A DNA stretch of 64,000 nucleotides from a virus (Duplodnaviria; Caudoviricetes), in IMG/VR virus record IMGVR_UViG_3300014204_000113, positions 64,001 through 128,000 of that record. One strand, written 5' to 3'. The position numbers and the translations under genes were made by a program. The notes beneath the pieces were generated by a model that saw only the letters and a program-made list of their open reading frames with translations, ran no database searches and was not told the DNA's origin. Positions 1 through 10,257 of this stretch are shown here, in pieces (position 1 is the stretch's first letter; each line of letters begins with the position of its first letter).

Positions 1-202
1 ACCAGAAGAATATAAAACAGTATTTGAAAAAGAATTAGATAAATTGATATTTCAAATTGTGATGCATCAAGACAAGACTTTTCTAATTAGTAAATTAGGC
101 AGCGGTCTTGCTAATCGTTTTCACATTTGGGAAAAGGTTATCAAATTCGGACTTGTGCATTTAAAACACTATGAAAATGTAAAATTTCTATGGACGGAAT
201 AA

Positions 203-574
203 ATGAGAAATAATAGTATGAAAGACGAAAATTTAAAAGATAAGATAACAAAAGACTTTCCAGAAATTTATTCTGATTGTTTTGATTTTTCCATTGGCAA
301 AGGGTGGTACAAAATTGTTTATAAACTAACAGAAGAAATAAGGAAGGTTGACAAAAATGTAAAAGTTTTGCAAGTGAAAGAGAAGATGGGTTTTATTCGT
401 TACTACATTTCAATTCCAAAAGAAGAAGCAGTTGATAAAATTTACACATTGATTAGAAAGGCGATGGAAGAATCGGGCAAGACTTGCGAATTCTGTGGCA
501 CTAAGAAGAACATCACTACAGAAGGAAAATTTTGGATAAAAACATTATGTGATAAATGTCGAGAACAATTATGA
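203..574 (+). CDS. phage hypothetical protein with CxxC...CxxC Zn-ribbon
   Basis: GW...QVKEKMG..RYY pattern and CEFC/CDKC pairs; common phage family, function unknown. Confidence 0.6.
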   Translation: MRNNSMKDENLKDKITKDFPEIYSDCFDFSIGKGWYKIVYKLTEEIRKVDKNVKVLQVKEKMGFIRYYISIPKEEAVDKIYTLIRKAMEESGKTCEFCGTKKNITTEGKFWIKTLCDKCREQL

Positions 575-948
575 AAACTATTTACATCGTTTATGGTAGT
601 GAAGGAAATTACGACGATTATTACGAATATGACATCAAAGCGTTTATTTGCAAAGACAAAACAGAACAACTTGTCGAATTGCTGAAAGAGGAAGCGAAAA
701 GAGTTATTGAACATAACAGAAAGGTGTATGAAAAACATCCTTTTCCAAAGAATGATGGAACCTTTAGAGACAGAAGGGGGAGGGCGCATGAGGGTTGGCG
801 GGAAGAGTGGGACAGAGTAAAGAATTTGATAGAAAGTGAACTGACAGAAAACAAATATGATTCAACGACATTTCAAGATAACGTGGAATATAATATAAAA
901 GAATTGGAATTGGATGAAACATTGCATGTAGAAATAGTAGAAAATTAA
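556..948 (+). CDS. hypothetical protein
   Basis: ORF in the + strand gene run; true start probably ATG 571 overlapping the previous stop. Confidence 0.55.
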   Translation: MSRTIMKTIYIVYGSEGNYDDYYEYDIKAFICKDKTEQLVELLKEEAKRVIEHNRKVYEKHPFPKNDGTFRDRRGRAHEGWREEWDRVKNLIESELTENKYDSTTFQDNVEYNIKELELDETLHVEIVEN

Positions 949-1161
949 ATAAAACATTGGAGAATTGAAAGAAATGTTAGACTGTGAATTTAATCCTATT
1001 GAAAATCGTCCTTTGACCCTAAAGGAATATAGGGATGGTTTGTCTCATGCCAAAGCTGTGTATATGTTGGGTGGGGAAGAACAACTTGCAGTGTGTGAAC
1101 GTTGTGCTGAATTGCCTTTGTTAGTGAAGAAGTATAAAATTAAGAAGTTGATTGAGGGATA

Positions 1162-2409
1162 ATGGAAGTTTCTTACATCATAGAAAGACTTTGTGACTGC
1201 GGATACCATGCATATATAACCGGGGGCGCGGTTAGAGATGCGCTAGCAGGCTTACCGTCTAAAGATGAAGATATAGTTACTAACGCTACACCTGAAGAAA
1301 TAGAAAAAGTATTTCTTGGCCATGACGTTAAATTTGTTGGAAAACAATTTTTAGTGACATTGGTTGATGGTGTGGAAGTCGCAACATATCGCAAAGATAC
1401 TTATGGTGGTTTCTCTGACAAAAATTGCGAAGTTTCTTTTGTAGAAACTCTCGGAGAAGATTTAGGCAGAAGGGACATAACTATAAATTCCTTAGCCTAT
1501 TGTGAATATACAGGAGAAGTGATTGATTTATATGGTGGCCAAGATGATTTAAAAAAGAAAATTATCAAATTTGTAAATAATCCAAAAGAAAGAATTCATG
1601 AAGACCCAAACAGAATAATCAGAGCTTGCAGATTCCTTGCTAAGATTGATGGTAGATTTGAATGTAAAACTTTTGAAGCATTGTGTGAATATTCTCATTA
1701 TGTCCGAGATTATGTTGCGAAAGAAAGAATCAGGCTTGAAATATTAAAAGCATTAGAATTACCAAAACCTTCTTTGTTTTTCCAAGCATTGTTTGAAATT
1801 AACGCTTTGCAATACATTTTTCCAAGCATGATTCCTTGTGCCGACCATCACCATGGCAAACATCATAGAGAAGATATTTTTACTCATCTAATGATTGTTG
1901 GTGATTCTATTTCTCCTAAATATCCTTTATTAAGATTATCAGGATATTTACATGATGTTGGTAAACCAGAATCATATTCAGATGATGGTAAATTTATAAA
2001 TCATGAAAATGTTGGTGCTGAAATAATTATAAAAGAACTACAAGATTTGAGATTTTCCATAGATGAAGTTTCTAAAGTATCAAATTTGATAAAATGTCAT
2101 ATGTATTCAATTAAAGATATTTCTCCAAAATCAATTAGAAAATTATTAGTTTTTCTCAATGAATTAGGTTTGAATTATTCTGAATTTTTAAGATTAAGAA
2201 TTGCAGATAGAATTGGTAATTTAGCTAAACCAAATTTTACTTTAAAAGAAATAAAAGAAGTCTTATTGAAATTTAAAAATGTAATTAACGAAAAAACTCC
2301 ATTCAGTGTTAAAAGTTTAATGATAAATGGTGATGATGTTATGAATCTTCTTAATCTTGTTCCTGGAAAGAAAGTTGGAGAAATCTTAAAAATGTTGAAT
2401 GTTGTTTGA
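1162..2409 (+). CDS. cca: CCA-adding tRNA nucleotidyltransferase with HD domain (C-terminus frameshifted)
   Basis: GGAVRD, DEDI, RRDITINS, EDPNRIIR, ERIRLE, HDVGK motifs; 7-bp duplication at 2391-2404 cuts off the last helix. Confidence 0.9.
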   Translation: MEVSYIIERLCDCGYHAYITGGAVRDALAGLPSKDEDIVTNATPEEIEKVFLGHDVKFVGKQFLVTLVDGVEVATYRKDTYGGFSDKNCEVSFVETLGEDLGRRDITINSLAYCEYTGEVIDLYGGQDDLKKKIIKFVNNPKERIHEDPNRIIRACRFLAKIDGRFECKTFEALCEYSHYVRDYVAKERIRLEILKALELPKPSLFFQALFEINALQYIFPSMIPCADHHHGKHHREDIFTHLMIVGDSISPKYPLLRLSGYLHDVGKPESYSDDGKFINHENVGAEIIIKELQDLRFSIDEVSKVSNLIKCHMYSIKDISPKSIRKLLVFLNELGLNYSEFLRLRIADRIGNLAKPNFTLKEIKEVLLKFKNVINEKTPFSVKSLMINGDDVMNLLNLVPGKKVGEILKMLNVV

Positions 2410-2481
2410 ATACGTCCTTGAAAATGGACCTGAGTATAATACTAGAGAGAAACTGCTTGAGCAATTAAGAGAGATGGGATA

Positions 2482-3363
2482 ATGGCAAGCATTGTAGCAA
2501 ACCTCGCTAAAAGAGGATTAATCAAACCTCCTTCATATGCAATTGACACCCAGTATGAAGTTATTACTGGTAGTGTTTCGTATGGTGTGTCTTCTGGTTC
2601 TTCTGACCTTGATGTTGTTGGGTTTTGTATCCCTTCTAAAGAAATTGTATTTCCTCATCTTGCAGGAATAGTTCAAGGTTTTGGTTCTCATGGAGAAAGG
2701 TTCGATCAATTTCAACAACATCACATAGAAGATAAAGAGGGAAGGAAAGAATATGATTTAACGGTTTATAATATTGTAAAATTCTTTCAATTGTGTATGG
2801 AAAACAATCCCAATATGGTGGATGCTTTGTTCGTCTCGCAAAGATGTGTTTTACATATCACTAAAATTGGGCAAATGGTTAGAGATAACAGAAAAGAGTT
2901 TTTACATAAAGGTTGTTTTTACAAATTTCGCGGATATTCTTACAGCCAATTGCACAAAGCGAGAATCAAACAACCAACAGGGAAAAGAAAAGAAATTGTA
3001 GATAAATTGGGATTTGACCCAAAATTTCTTTATCATTGTGTAAGATTATTAGATGAAACAGAACAAATACTTATTGAAGGCGATTTAGACCTTGAAAGAA
3101 ATAAAGAATATTTAAAAGAAATTAGAAGAGGCGAAGTATCATTAGAAAGAGTTGAAGAATATTTTCAAATGAGAGAAAAATATCTTGAAGAAGTTTATCA
3201 AAAATCAACCTTGCCTCATTCGCCAGATGAACAGAAAATTAAGAACTTGCTTCTTTCTTGTCTTGAAGAATTTTATGGGAATTTAAACAATTGTATAAAA
3301 ACACTTGGAACTACAGAACAGATTATCAATGATTTGAAATTAATTGTAAATAAATATAGTTAA
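2482..3363 (+). CDS. Pol-beta-superfamily nucleotidyltransferase (phage Nuc-transf/RlaP-like)
   Basis: GSVSYG...SDLD catalytic motif, NPN, K..YH.VRL. Confidence 0.8.
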   Translation: MASIVANLAKRGLIKPPSYAIDTQYEVITGSVSYGVSSGSSDLDVVGFCIPSKEIVFPHLAGIVQGFGSHGERFDQFQQHHIEDKEGRKEYDLTVYNIVKFFQLCMENNPNMVDALFVSQRCVLHITKIGQMVRDNRKEFLHKGCFYKFRGYSYSQLHKARIKQPTGKRKEIVDKLGFDPKFLYHCVRLLDETEQILIEGDLDLERNKEYLKEIRRGEVSLERVEEYFQMREKYLEEVYQKSTLPHSPDEQKIKNLLLSCLEEFYGNLNNCIKTLGTTEQIINDLKLIVNKYS

Positions 3364-3387
3364 ACATTTCATAATGGATACATCATA

Positions 3388-3792
3388 ATGGCCATAAAAT
3401 TTAGTTGGGAGAAAATTGTTGAAGGTCGTTTTAAAATGAGTTTAGATGAAGCATGGGAACTTGAATCGGGTAAAAATAAGAATGATGAGAAAATTTGGTA
3501 TCAAAGAATAGCAATTAGACATGATGGTTATATAATTTTAAAAAGTTTAGACCCGGTTCTTTTTGAGGCATGGACACCAAAACAAAAACAAACATTAAGA
3601 ATTATAGCCAATAAATATCCAGAAATTGTAATAGATGAATATTATGAAGGACAAGAAGGGGCTATTGTTTTTCCACCAAAATATCTACATGAAGTTGCTG
3701 AAATATTAGGTGCTAAGAAGAAAAGAAAGTTGACTGAAATTAAAAAAGAGGAACTTGCAGACAGAATTAGGAAGTACAGATTTAAACCCTAG
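3388..3792 (+). CDS. hypothetical protein
   Basis: 134-aa ORF, no motif recognised. Confidence 0.55.
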   Translation: MAIKFSWEKIVEGRFKMSLDEAWELESGKNKNDEKIWYQRIAIRHDGYIILKSLDPVLFEAWTPKQKQTLRIIANKYPEIVIDEYYEGQEGAIVFPPKYLHEVAEILGAKKKRKLTEIKKEELADRIRKYRFKP

Positions 3793-3919
3793 ATTTACGC
3801 CTGAGAAAGCGTTAAAAAGGTTCAAAAACAAGAGATAATTTAAAATAGGTAGTTTGACAGGTCTTAATAAAAATTTATCAAAATCGAGGCTATTTAATTC
3901 AAGTTAGAAAGGAAAATAA

Positions 3920-4900
3920 ATGAATAAAACCAACGTTATCAAAGTGTTAGACAGTATTTCACCTATTCTTTCAGAAGATTATGACATTATTCACTTTAAT
4001 CAAGATTCAATTTACGCTGAAAACAACATGATAGGAATTTCTTGCAATCTAGATTTTGGTTTTAAGGCTTCAATTAGAGGGATTGAATTAATAAAACTTC
4101 TTAAAAAGATGTCAGGCGATGAAGTAGAATTTAAACTTACAGATAAAACTTTATCAGTCAAAGGTGGTGGTTTATCAGCCAAGTTTAAGAAATACGACAA
4201 GGAAAAAATGCCGCCAGACTTTACTGAATTGGAATTTAAGGAAATTCCAGATAATTTTATTGAAGCAATAATTGCTTGTTTGCCATCTGTATCAGACAAA
4301 GATATTCAAGGAATTTTAACTGGATTACACATTGATAATGCTTTGATGTATGGTTGTAACAATGTTTCTGTGACTGAATACGAAATACCAGATATGGATG
4401 TAACATTTACTCTTCCAAAACAAACCGCTTCTTTGTTGACCAAATTTAATCCAAAATATTATCATATCACTGATAACAAAGCCATTTTTGCCAATGAAGA
4501 TAAAACTTCATTTCTATGGTCTGTGCTTATGGCTGGTGCTTATCCTGTAGAAAACATGGTAAAGTTATTGTCTAAAGAAGGTGATATTTTTTCTTTGCCA
4601 GAAGAAATAGGCAAAAGGGCAGATATTGTAAGTCTGTTTGCTTATGATGCTCAAGATGGAAGTTCATTTATTGAAGTGGATATACAAGCGGATAAGATTG
4701 TATTGGGCGGTAACAAGTCTTTTGGGAATTTAGAAGATGTAATGGAATATAAATCAGAAGGAAGCGTAAAATTTCATGTGAATTCAAGTGCTTTGGGAAG
4801 GGCATTGACAATAAATAATAAATTTGTTTGCTGTGGAAATTATTTGGTATTTGAGGATGATAAGATTCGACATCTAATTTGTTTGGTTGACCATAGTTGA
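3920..4900 (+). CDS. DNA polymerase III beta-like sliding clamp
   Basis: 326 aa; ILTGLHID / GAYP beta-clamp-like segments; co-occurs with DnaE and clamp loader. Confidence 0.7.
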   Translation: MNKTNVIKVLDSISPILSEDYDIIHFNQDSIYAENNMIGISCNLDFGFKASIRGIELIKLLKKMSGDEVEFKLTDKTLSVKGGGLSAKFKKYDKEKMPPDFTELEFKEIPDNFIEAIIACLPSVSDKDIQGILTGLHIDNALMYGCNNVSVTEYEIPDMDVTFTLPKQTASLLTKFNPKYYHITDNKAIFANEDKTSFLWSVLMAGAYPVENMVKLLSKEGDIFSLPEEIGKRADIVSLFAYDAQDGSSFIEVDIQADKIVLGGNKSFGNLEDVMEYKSEGSVKFHVNSSALGRALTINNKFVCCGNYLVFEDDKIRHLICLVDHS

Positions 4901-4926
4901 TAATATGGGAATATTTGATAAAATAT

Positions 4927-4991
4927 GGTGAGGTAAGGTAAGGTTTGGTACGGTTAGGTTGGGTGGGGTAAGGTAGGGTGTGGTATGGTAA
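4927..4991 (+). ncRNA. GGT-NN pentamer array A1 (13 units), putative guide RNA
   Basis: NN = GA AA AA TT AC TA TG GG AA AG GT AT AA; perfect 5-nt period; followed by a 12-bp hairpin. Confidence 0.85.
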
Positions 4992-4993
4992 GG

Positions 4994-5021
4994 GTGCAAG
5001 TCTAAAGAATTAGACTTGCAC
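4994..5021 (+). terminator. perfect 12-bp hairpin closing array A1 (terminator or 3' handle)
   Basis: GTGCAAGTCTAA-AGAA-TTAGACTTGCAC. Confidence 0.7.
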
Positions 5022-5054
5022 AGTTTCAAAGAATTAAAAAAGGAGAAATAAACA

Positions 5055-5309
5055 ATGTTAATGACACCACAGAATGAAGATTGGAATGAATTTTGCGCTA
5101 TTCTTGAAGGGCCAGAAGGCTGCGATTTTAAGAAAGATGAAAACGACAAAATCGTATGGAAGTGTGATAGTAGTATGGATAGACCGCTTGCCAATAAAAT
5201 TCTCGCTGAATATTTTCCAGAGATAGACATTGAAGGTTCGTTAGAATATTTCGATGAACATGGAGGCCTCTGTGATTGTGAAATTCTGTTTAATGTAGGT
5301 GATGAATAA
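5055..5309 (+). CDS. DUF2695-like hypothetical protein
   Basis: C-terminal HGGLCDCEILFN motif. Confidence 0.6.
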   Translation: MLMTPQNEDWNEFCAILEGPEGCDFKKDENDKIVWKCDSSMDRPLANKILAEYFPEIDIEGSLEYFDEHGGLCDCEILFNVGDE

Positions 5310-5716
5310 AAAGGGAGATAATTATGGATTGTTTTAACAGAGTAAGGTTTGGTGCGTGTCCTTATAGATTATCAAATCCAAATTACAGTTCTGTTAATGC
5401 TGCTGCTTGTTTAAAAACAGATTGTTTGGCTTTCGCGATAAAACATGAAATTAATGAACGATCAGGAAGAACCAGAGAAAGACCTTTTTGCCAAGCCCTT
5501 AAAATTTATTTGGATTAAAAAAGGAGAAACAAAATGGGTCCAAAAACTTGTTATGAATGCAACAACAAAGATTTGTGCGCTATCCTTTTTGTTTTTCAAA
5601 AGGCGATGGAAGAAAGTCCTACGCTTCCTGTAGTGGACAGTGATGATTTTGAACATAGGCTATATGAACTGCTTGGTCAAGACTGTTTGTATTATAATTA
5701 AAGGGAGACAAATAAA

Positions 5717-5992
5717 ATGCCTACAATTAAAATTCCAGCAGAATTGGCAAGAGATATCATTTATGATGACACGGACGAAGGAGAATTGGTTGAAGAAGAA
5801 ATTTTTGATAGTGGCAGATGGTCTATCACTTATAAAGCTATAATTAAATATCAGGATAAATTTTACAAAACATTTTATAGAGTAGGCGCTACTGAAGCAC
5901 AAGAAGAAAGACCGTGGGAATATGATGATGAAGCAGAGTTGGTTGAGGTTAAGCAAGTAGAGAAAATGGTTAAAGTTTGGGAAAAAGTTTAA
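5717..5992 (+). CDS. phage hypothetical protein
   Basis: RW...GATEAQE pattern common in phages; GGGAG RBS. Confidence 0.6.
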   Translation: MPTIKIPAELARDIIYDDTDEGELVEEEIFDSGRWSITYKAIIKYQDKFYKTFYRVGATEAQEERPWEYDDEAELVEVKQVEKMVKVWEKV

Positions 5993-5993
5993 A

Positions 5994-6302
5994 ATGCAGT
6001 TTGATCTAATATCTCACATACAACGACAGAAAGATTTTTCTCTCAAAACCTTTGGTCCTGGTTTTCGCACTCAAGGTATTCTTGACCATATCAAAAAAGA
6101 ATTGAAAGAAATTGAAGAAGAACCATATTCCATGGAATGGTTGGATGTGGTGATTTTGGCTCTTGATGGAGCGTGGAGAGCAGGTTTCACTCCAGAAGAA
6201 ATTGTTAAAGTGATAGAAGATAAACAAACTAAAAATGAAAATAGAAAATGGCCAGATTGGAAATTATTTGGTCAAGATGAAGTGATTGAACATATAAAGT
6301 AG
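5994..6302 (+). CDS. dATP/dGTP pyrophosphohydrolase-like protein (DUF550, MazG-like)
   Basis: TFGPG...HIKKELKEI...EWLDV...KQTKNENRKWPDW. Confidence 0.75.
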   Translation: MQFDLISHIQRQKDFSLKTFGPGFRTQGILDHIKKELKEIEEEPYSMEWLDVVILALDGAWRAGFTPEEIVKVIEDKQTKNENRKWPDWKLFGQDEVIEHIK

Positions 6303-6310
6303 GAGGATAG

Positions 6311-6769
6311 ATGGCAGATTTTGACAATAATAGATTTGCATCAAAAAATCAAGAATGGGAAACACCAACAGAACTTTTCAATATTTTAAATGAAGAATTT
6401 AATTTCAATTTTGATGTGTGTGCTGATGAAAACAATAAGAAAGTAAATGATTATTTTTCAGAACAAGACGATGCTTTGAGCAGAGAATGGAAGGGTATAT
6501 GTTGGATGAATCCTCCATATAAAGATTTAAAATTGTGGGTCAAGAAAGCCTATCTTGAAAGTAGACACAAAGATTGTGTTGTTGTTTGTCTTGTTCCCGC
6601 TAGAACTAATACTAATTGGTTCTATGAATATTGCATGAAAGGCGAAATAAGATTTATTAAAGGCAGACCTAAATTTAAAGGGTGTGAACACGGCTTGCCA
6701 CAACCACTTGCAATAATCGTATTTGGATTAGATTATCAAAATAATTATAAATCTGTAAAGTTGAAATAA
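6311..6769 (+). CDS. phage DNA N6-adenine methyltransferase
   Basis: EWETP, FDVCA, WMNPPY, LVPART. Confidence 0.9.
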   Translation: MADFDNNRFASKNQEWETPTELFNILNEEFNFNFDVCADENNKKVNDYFSEQDDALSREWKGICWMNPPYKDLKLWVKKAYLESRHKDCVVVCLVPARTNTNWFYEYCMKGEIRFIKGRPKFKGCEHGLPQPLAIIVFGLDYQNNYKSVKLK

Positions 6770-6771
6770 TT

Positions 6772-9700
6772 ATGGCCTTTGTCCACCTCCACACCCATAC
6801 AGATCGCAGTTTGCTCGATGGTGCTGCTAAAATTTCAGACTACATTGTTGAAGTTGTTCGACACAATCAAAGTCATTTGGCGATAACAGACCATGGAAAT
6901 TGTGATTGCTTCCTTGAATTTCAGAAAGAGGCTTTGAAACAATCTATAACCCCAATCTTTGGTGTGGAATTCTACATCGTCCCAGACATCACTAAAAAAG
7001 AAAAATACGAAAAGAAATATCATATAACAGTTTTAGTTCAAAATAAGGTTGGGTTTACCAATGTCCTAAAAATGCTCACCATAGCCAATCTAGAAGGTCA
7101 TTATTATAGACCACAAATTGATCCATCTATATTGCTTAAAAATTATGAAGGTCTAGTTTTTATGACTGCTTGTGTGTCATCTTTTATTAATATGGAAGGA
7201 GGAATTGAATTATTATTAGAATTAAATAAAAAAGCACCAACCTATCTTGAATTGATGCCGCACAATTATCCCATCCAAAAAGAAATCAATTTAAAGAAAT
7301 TGGAATTGGGAAAGAAGTATAATATTCAATTTTCAGCAAGTAATGATGCGCACTACGCAAAACCAGAACATGCCCAAGCGCAGGAAATGTTGCTTGCCAT
7401 CCAGAAGAAGGCTAAATGGGATGACCCAAAAAGATGGAAGTTTGATTTTGGAGGTTTATATTTAAAGTCTGAACAAGAAATGGAACAAGCGTTTATAGAA
7501 CAAAATTGTGTTCCTAAAGAAATTTGGCGTCCAGCAATGGACAACACCATGGAAATCGCCAAACTATGCGAAAACTTCAAGATAAGAAAAAGAAAAGTTT
7601 CTTTGCCAAAAGTCTATGGATATGAGCACAGAGATGAAACAGAGTTGATGAGGGAAATTATTGAAAGCGGATTAAAAGAAAGAAAAATAGGAGATTACGA
7701 TACATATAGAAATAGAATAGAAGAAGAATTTGAAATAATTTGTAAATTGAATTTTCAAAGATACTTCCTTATAGTATGGGAATTGATAGATTGGTGTAAG
7801 AAGAATGGGATTGGTGTCGGTCCTTGTCGTGGGTCATCAGGCGGAAGTTTAATCTGTTATTTAATGCATATTACAGATATAGACCCAATAAAATATGGTC
7901 TTATCTTTGCTCGTTTTATTTCTATCGAACGCAACGATCTGCCAGATATTGATGTTGATTACGAAGATATAAAAAGAGAAGAAGTAAAAAAACATTTAAG
8001 AGATTGTTATGGAGAATACAATGTAGCAGGAATATCAACATTTTTAACATTAAAAGGGAGAGGGGCATTACGAGATGTAGCAAGGGTTTTTGATTTACCA
8101 TTAAGAGAAGTTGATTTAGTTGCAAAGGAGATAGAAACAAAATTAGACGGGGATAAACTTTGCGGACATACAATTGAAGAAGCATGTAAAAAATCTGAAA
8201 TTGTCGCTTCATTTAAAAAGAAATATCCAGAAACAGTTCAACTTGCAATAGATTTAGAAGGGCAGACGAAAGCTGTCGGCCAACATGCGGCTGGAGTAGT
8301 TGTTTCTTCTGATGATTTAAGGAAAGGGGAAAGATGTAATCTTTGTATTAGAAGTGGAGAAATTGTAGTTAATTGGGACAAAGAAAATGCAGAACAAATG
8401 GGGTTAATGAAACTTGATGTTCTTGGTTTAACTTCATTGACTATTATTAATTCTTCTAAGAAGTTTATTAAAGAGAATTATGATATTGATATAGAATTAG
8501 ATAAACTTACATTAGATGACAAAGAAATATATGAAGAAATTTCTAAAGGAAATAATGTAGGTTTATTTCAATTGAATTCACATGGTTTAACTGGCTTATG
8601 TAAAGAGATGGGAGTAAAAGAATTTAATGACATCGTTCTTGCAACTGCCATCTTTCGTCCAGGTGTGCTCGGAAGTGGAATGGCAGATGAATATATCAAA
8701 AGAAGGAAAAATAAAAAGGAAATAAAATATATTCATCCAAAGTTAAAAAAATATACAAAAGACACGCTTGGAATTGTTTTATATCAAGAACAAGTAATGT
8801 GGGTAATGTATGAACTTGCTGGCTTACCTTGGTCTATTTGTGATAAAGTAAGAAAAGTAATGGGTAAATCTCAAGGAGACGCAAAGTTTCAAAAATTTAA
8901 ACAACAATTTATTGATGGTTGTAAAAATAATAAGACGTTATCAGAAAAAGAAGCAGATAAAGTTTGGGATACATTAGCTTCATTCTCAAAATATGGATTC
9001 AACTTAAGTCACGCCACTGCTTATTCTATGATAACTTATTATTGTGCCTATCTCAAATATTACTACCCTAAAGAATTTCTCTGCGCTTGTTTAACTTATG
9101 GTGGCGAAGATAAGAAAGCAGAATATGTCAATGAAGCAAGAAGGTTGGGTTTGGAAGTAAGCCTACCAAAAATAGATAAATCACTTGCAGATGTTTGGTA
9201 TCCGAATAAAGACAGTAATATCATCTATGCGCCATTGACTGAAATAAAAGGTGTAGGGAAAACACAAGCAGAAAAGATAATTGAGCAAGGTTCAAATAAG
9301 AAAGTTGGTTTTTTCACTATCATGGATCAATCTGTTGTGCCTACCAATTCTACTGATGAATTATTGAATAAAGTAGGATTTTATAAGAAAACTTCTTTGA
9401 CACAAAAAGAGTTGATGAAAGCTAGACAATATCTTAATTTTAATCCATTGACTGGTATGAATAGATTTAGTAGATTACCAAAAGATTTTGATTATTCAGA
9501 CGATGATATTATTAAATGCAATTTGGAAGGATTTGAAGGTAATCTTATTGAAATAAAGAAATATGGAAAGAAGATAGAATGTGATAAATGCGAGTTGAGG
9601 AGAGAAGCAAAACAGATTGTTTTCCCATCTTTTGGACGCTATAATATAATGGCAATCGGGGAAGCACCCGGATCACGAGAAAATGAAGAAGGAATTGGGT

Positions 9701-10257
9701 TTGTAGGTGATGCAGGAAAAGATATTCTTTGGCCAGAATTGAAGAAGCATAATTTAGTTAGAGACATGTTTCACCTAAGCAACATCTGCAAATGCTTCCC
9801 TGGGAAGAAAATCAAAACGCCAACTAAAAATCATATAAAAATTTGTTCTGAACATATTATAGATGAAATTAATAATTTAAAACCAATAATGATTCTTGCT
9901 TTTGGTAATACTAATGTTAAATTTTTCAAAGAACAAGATGGTGGAATTACCGCTTTGAATGGAACTACTGAATGGTCAGATAAATTCCAATGTTGGATTT
10001 CATTTTGTGTGCATCCAGCATCATGTCTCTATCAACCATCAAATAAAGAACTATTTGAGAAAGGAATAAAGAATTTCGCAGATAAAATAAATATGATTGG
10101 TGGTAATTGGTTAAGGAAAAATAAAGAACAGAAATCCAACAGAAAATGTCCTTATGGTGGTAAATTTGGGATAGATAACAACGAGTATGAGGAATGTGAA
10201 GTATGTAATATTTGGCTTGATTGCACTAAAATTGCTATGAATGATGATTTTAAATGA
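6772..10257 (+). CDS. dnaE: DNA polymerase III alpha (DnaE) fused to a family-4 uracil-DNA glycosylase domain and a C-terminal Cys motif
   Basis: PHP HLHTH/TDHG, RGSSGGS, PDIDVD, HAAG, KLDVLGL, YGFN.SH; then CDKC, GEAPG..E...G.GFVG.AG, HPA. Confidence 0.92.
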   Translation: MAFVHLHTHTDRSLLDGAAKISDYIVEVVRHNQSHLAITDHGNCDCFLEFQKEALKQSITPIFGVEFYIVPDITKKEKYEKKYHITVLVQNKVGFTNVLKMLTIANLEGHYYRPQIDPSILLKNYEGLVFMTACVSSFINMEGGIELLLELNKKAPTYLELMPHNYPIQKEINLKKLELGKKYNIQFSASNDAHYAKPEHAQAQEMLLAIQKKAKWDDPKRWKFDFGGLYLKSEQEMEQAFIEQNCVPKEIWRPAMDNTMEIAKLCENFKIRKRKVSLPKVYGYEHRDETELMREIIESGLKERKIGDYDTYRNRIEEEFEIICKLNFQRYFLIVWELIDWCKKNGIGVGPCRGSSGGSLICYLMHITDIDPIKYGLIFARFISIERNDLPDIDVDYEDIKREEVKKHLRDCYGEYNVAGISTFLTLKGRGALRDVARVFDLPLREVDLVAKEIETKLDGDKLCGHTIEEACKKSEIVASFKKKYPETVQLAIDLEGQTKAVGQHAAGVVVSSDDLRKGERCNLCIRSGEIVVNWDKENAEQMGLMKLDVLGLTSLTIINSSKKFIKENYDIDIELDKLTLDDKEIYEEISKGNNVGLFQLNSHGLTGLCKEMGVKEFNDIVLATAIFRPGVLGSGMADEYIKRRKNKKEIKYIHPKLKKYTKDTLGIVLYQEQVMWVMYELAGLPWSICDKVRKVMGKSQGDAKFQKFKQQFIDGCKNNKTLSEKEADKVWDTLASFSKYGFNLSHATAYSMITYYCAYLKYYYPKEFLCACLTYGGEDKKAEYVNEARRLGLEVSLPKIDKSLADVWYPNKDSNIIYAPLTEIKGVGKTQAEKIIEQGSNKKVGFFTIMDQSVVPTNSTDELLNKVGFYKKTSLTQKELMKARQYLNFNPLTGMNRFSRLPKDFDYSDDDIIKCNLEGFEGNLIEIKKYGKKIECDKCELRREAKQIVFPSFGRYNIMAIGEAPGSRENEEGIGFVGDAGKDILWPELKKHNLVRDMFHLSNICKCFPGKKIKTPTKNHIKICSEHIIDEINNLKPIMILAFGNTNVKFFKEQDGGITALNGTTEWSDKFQCWISFCVHPASCLYQPSNKELFEKGIKNFADKINMIGGNWLRKNKEQKSNRKCPYGGKFGIDNNEYEECEVCNIWLDCTKIAMNDDFK

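Noticed and set aside
4927-4991. Decoded A1 resembles a sigma70 promoter (TT.AC ... AT.AA)
   Set aside because: The AT/AA units belong to the constant tail shared by other arrays, and the clamp-gene alignment explains the string better
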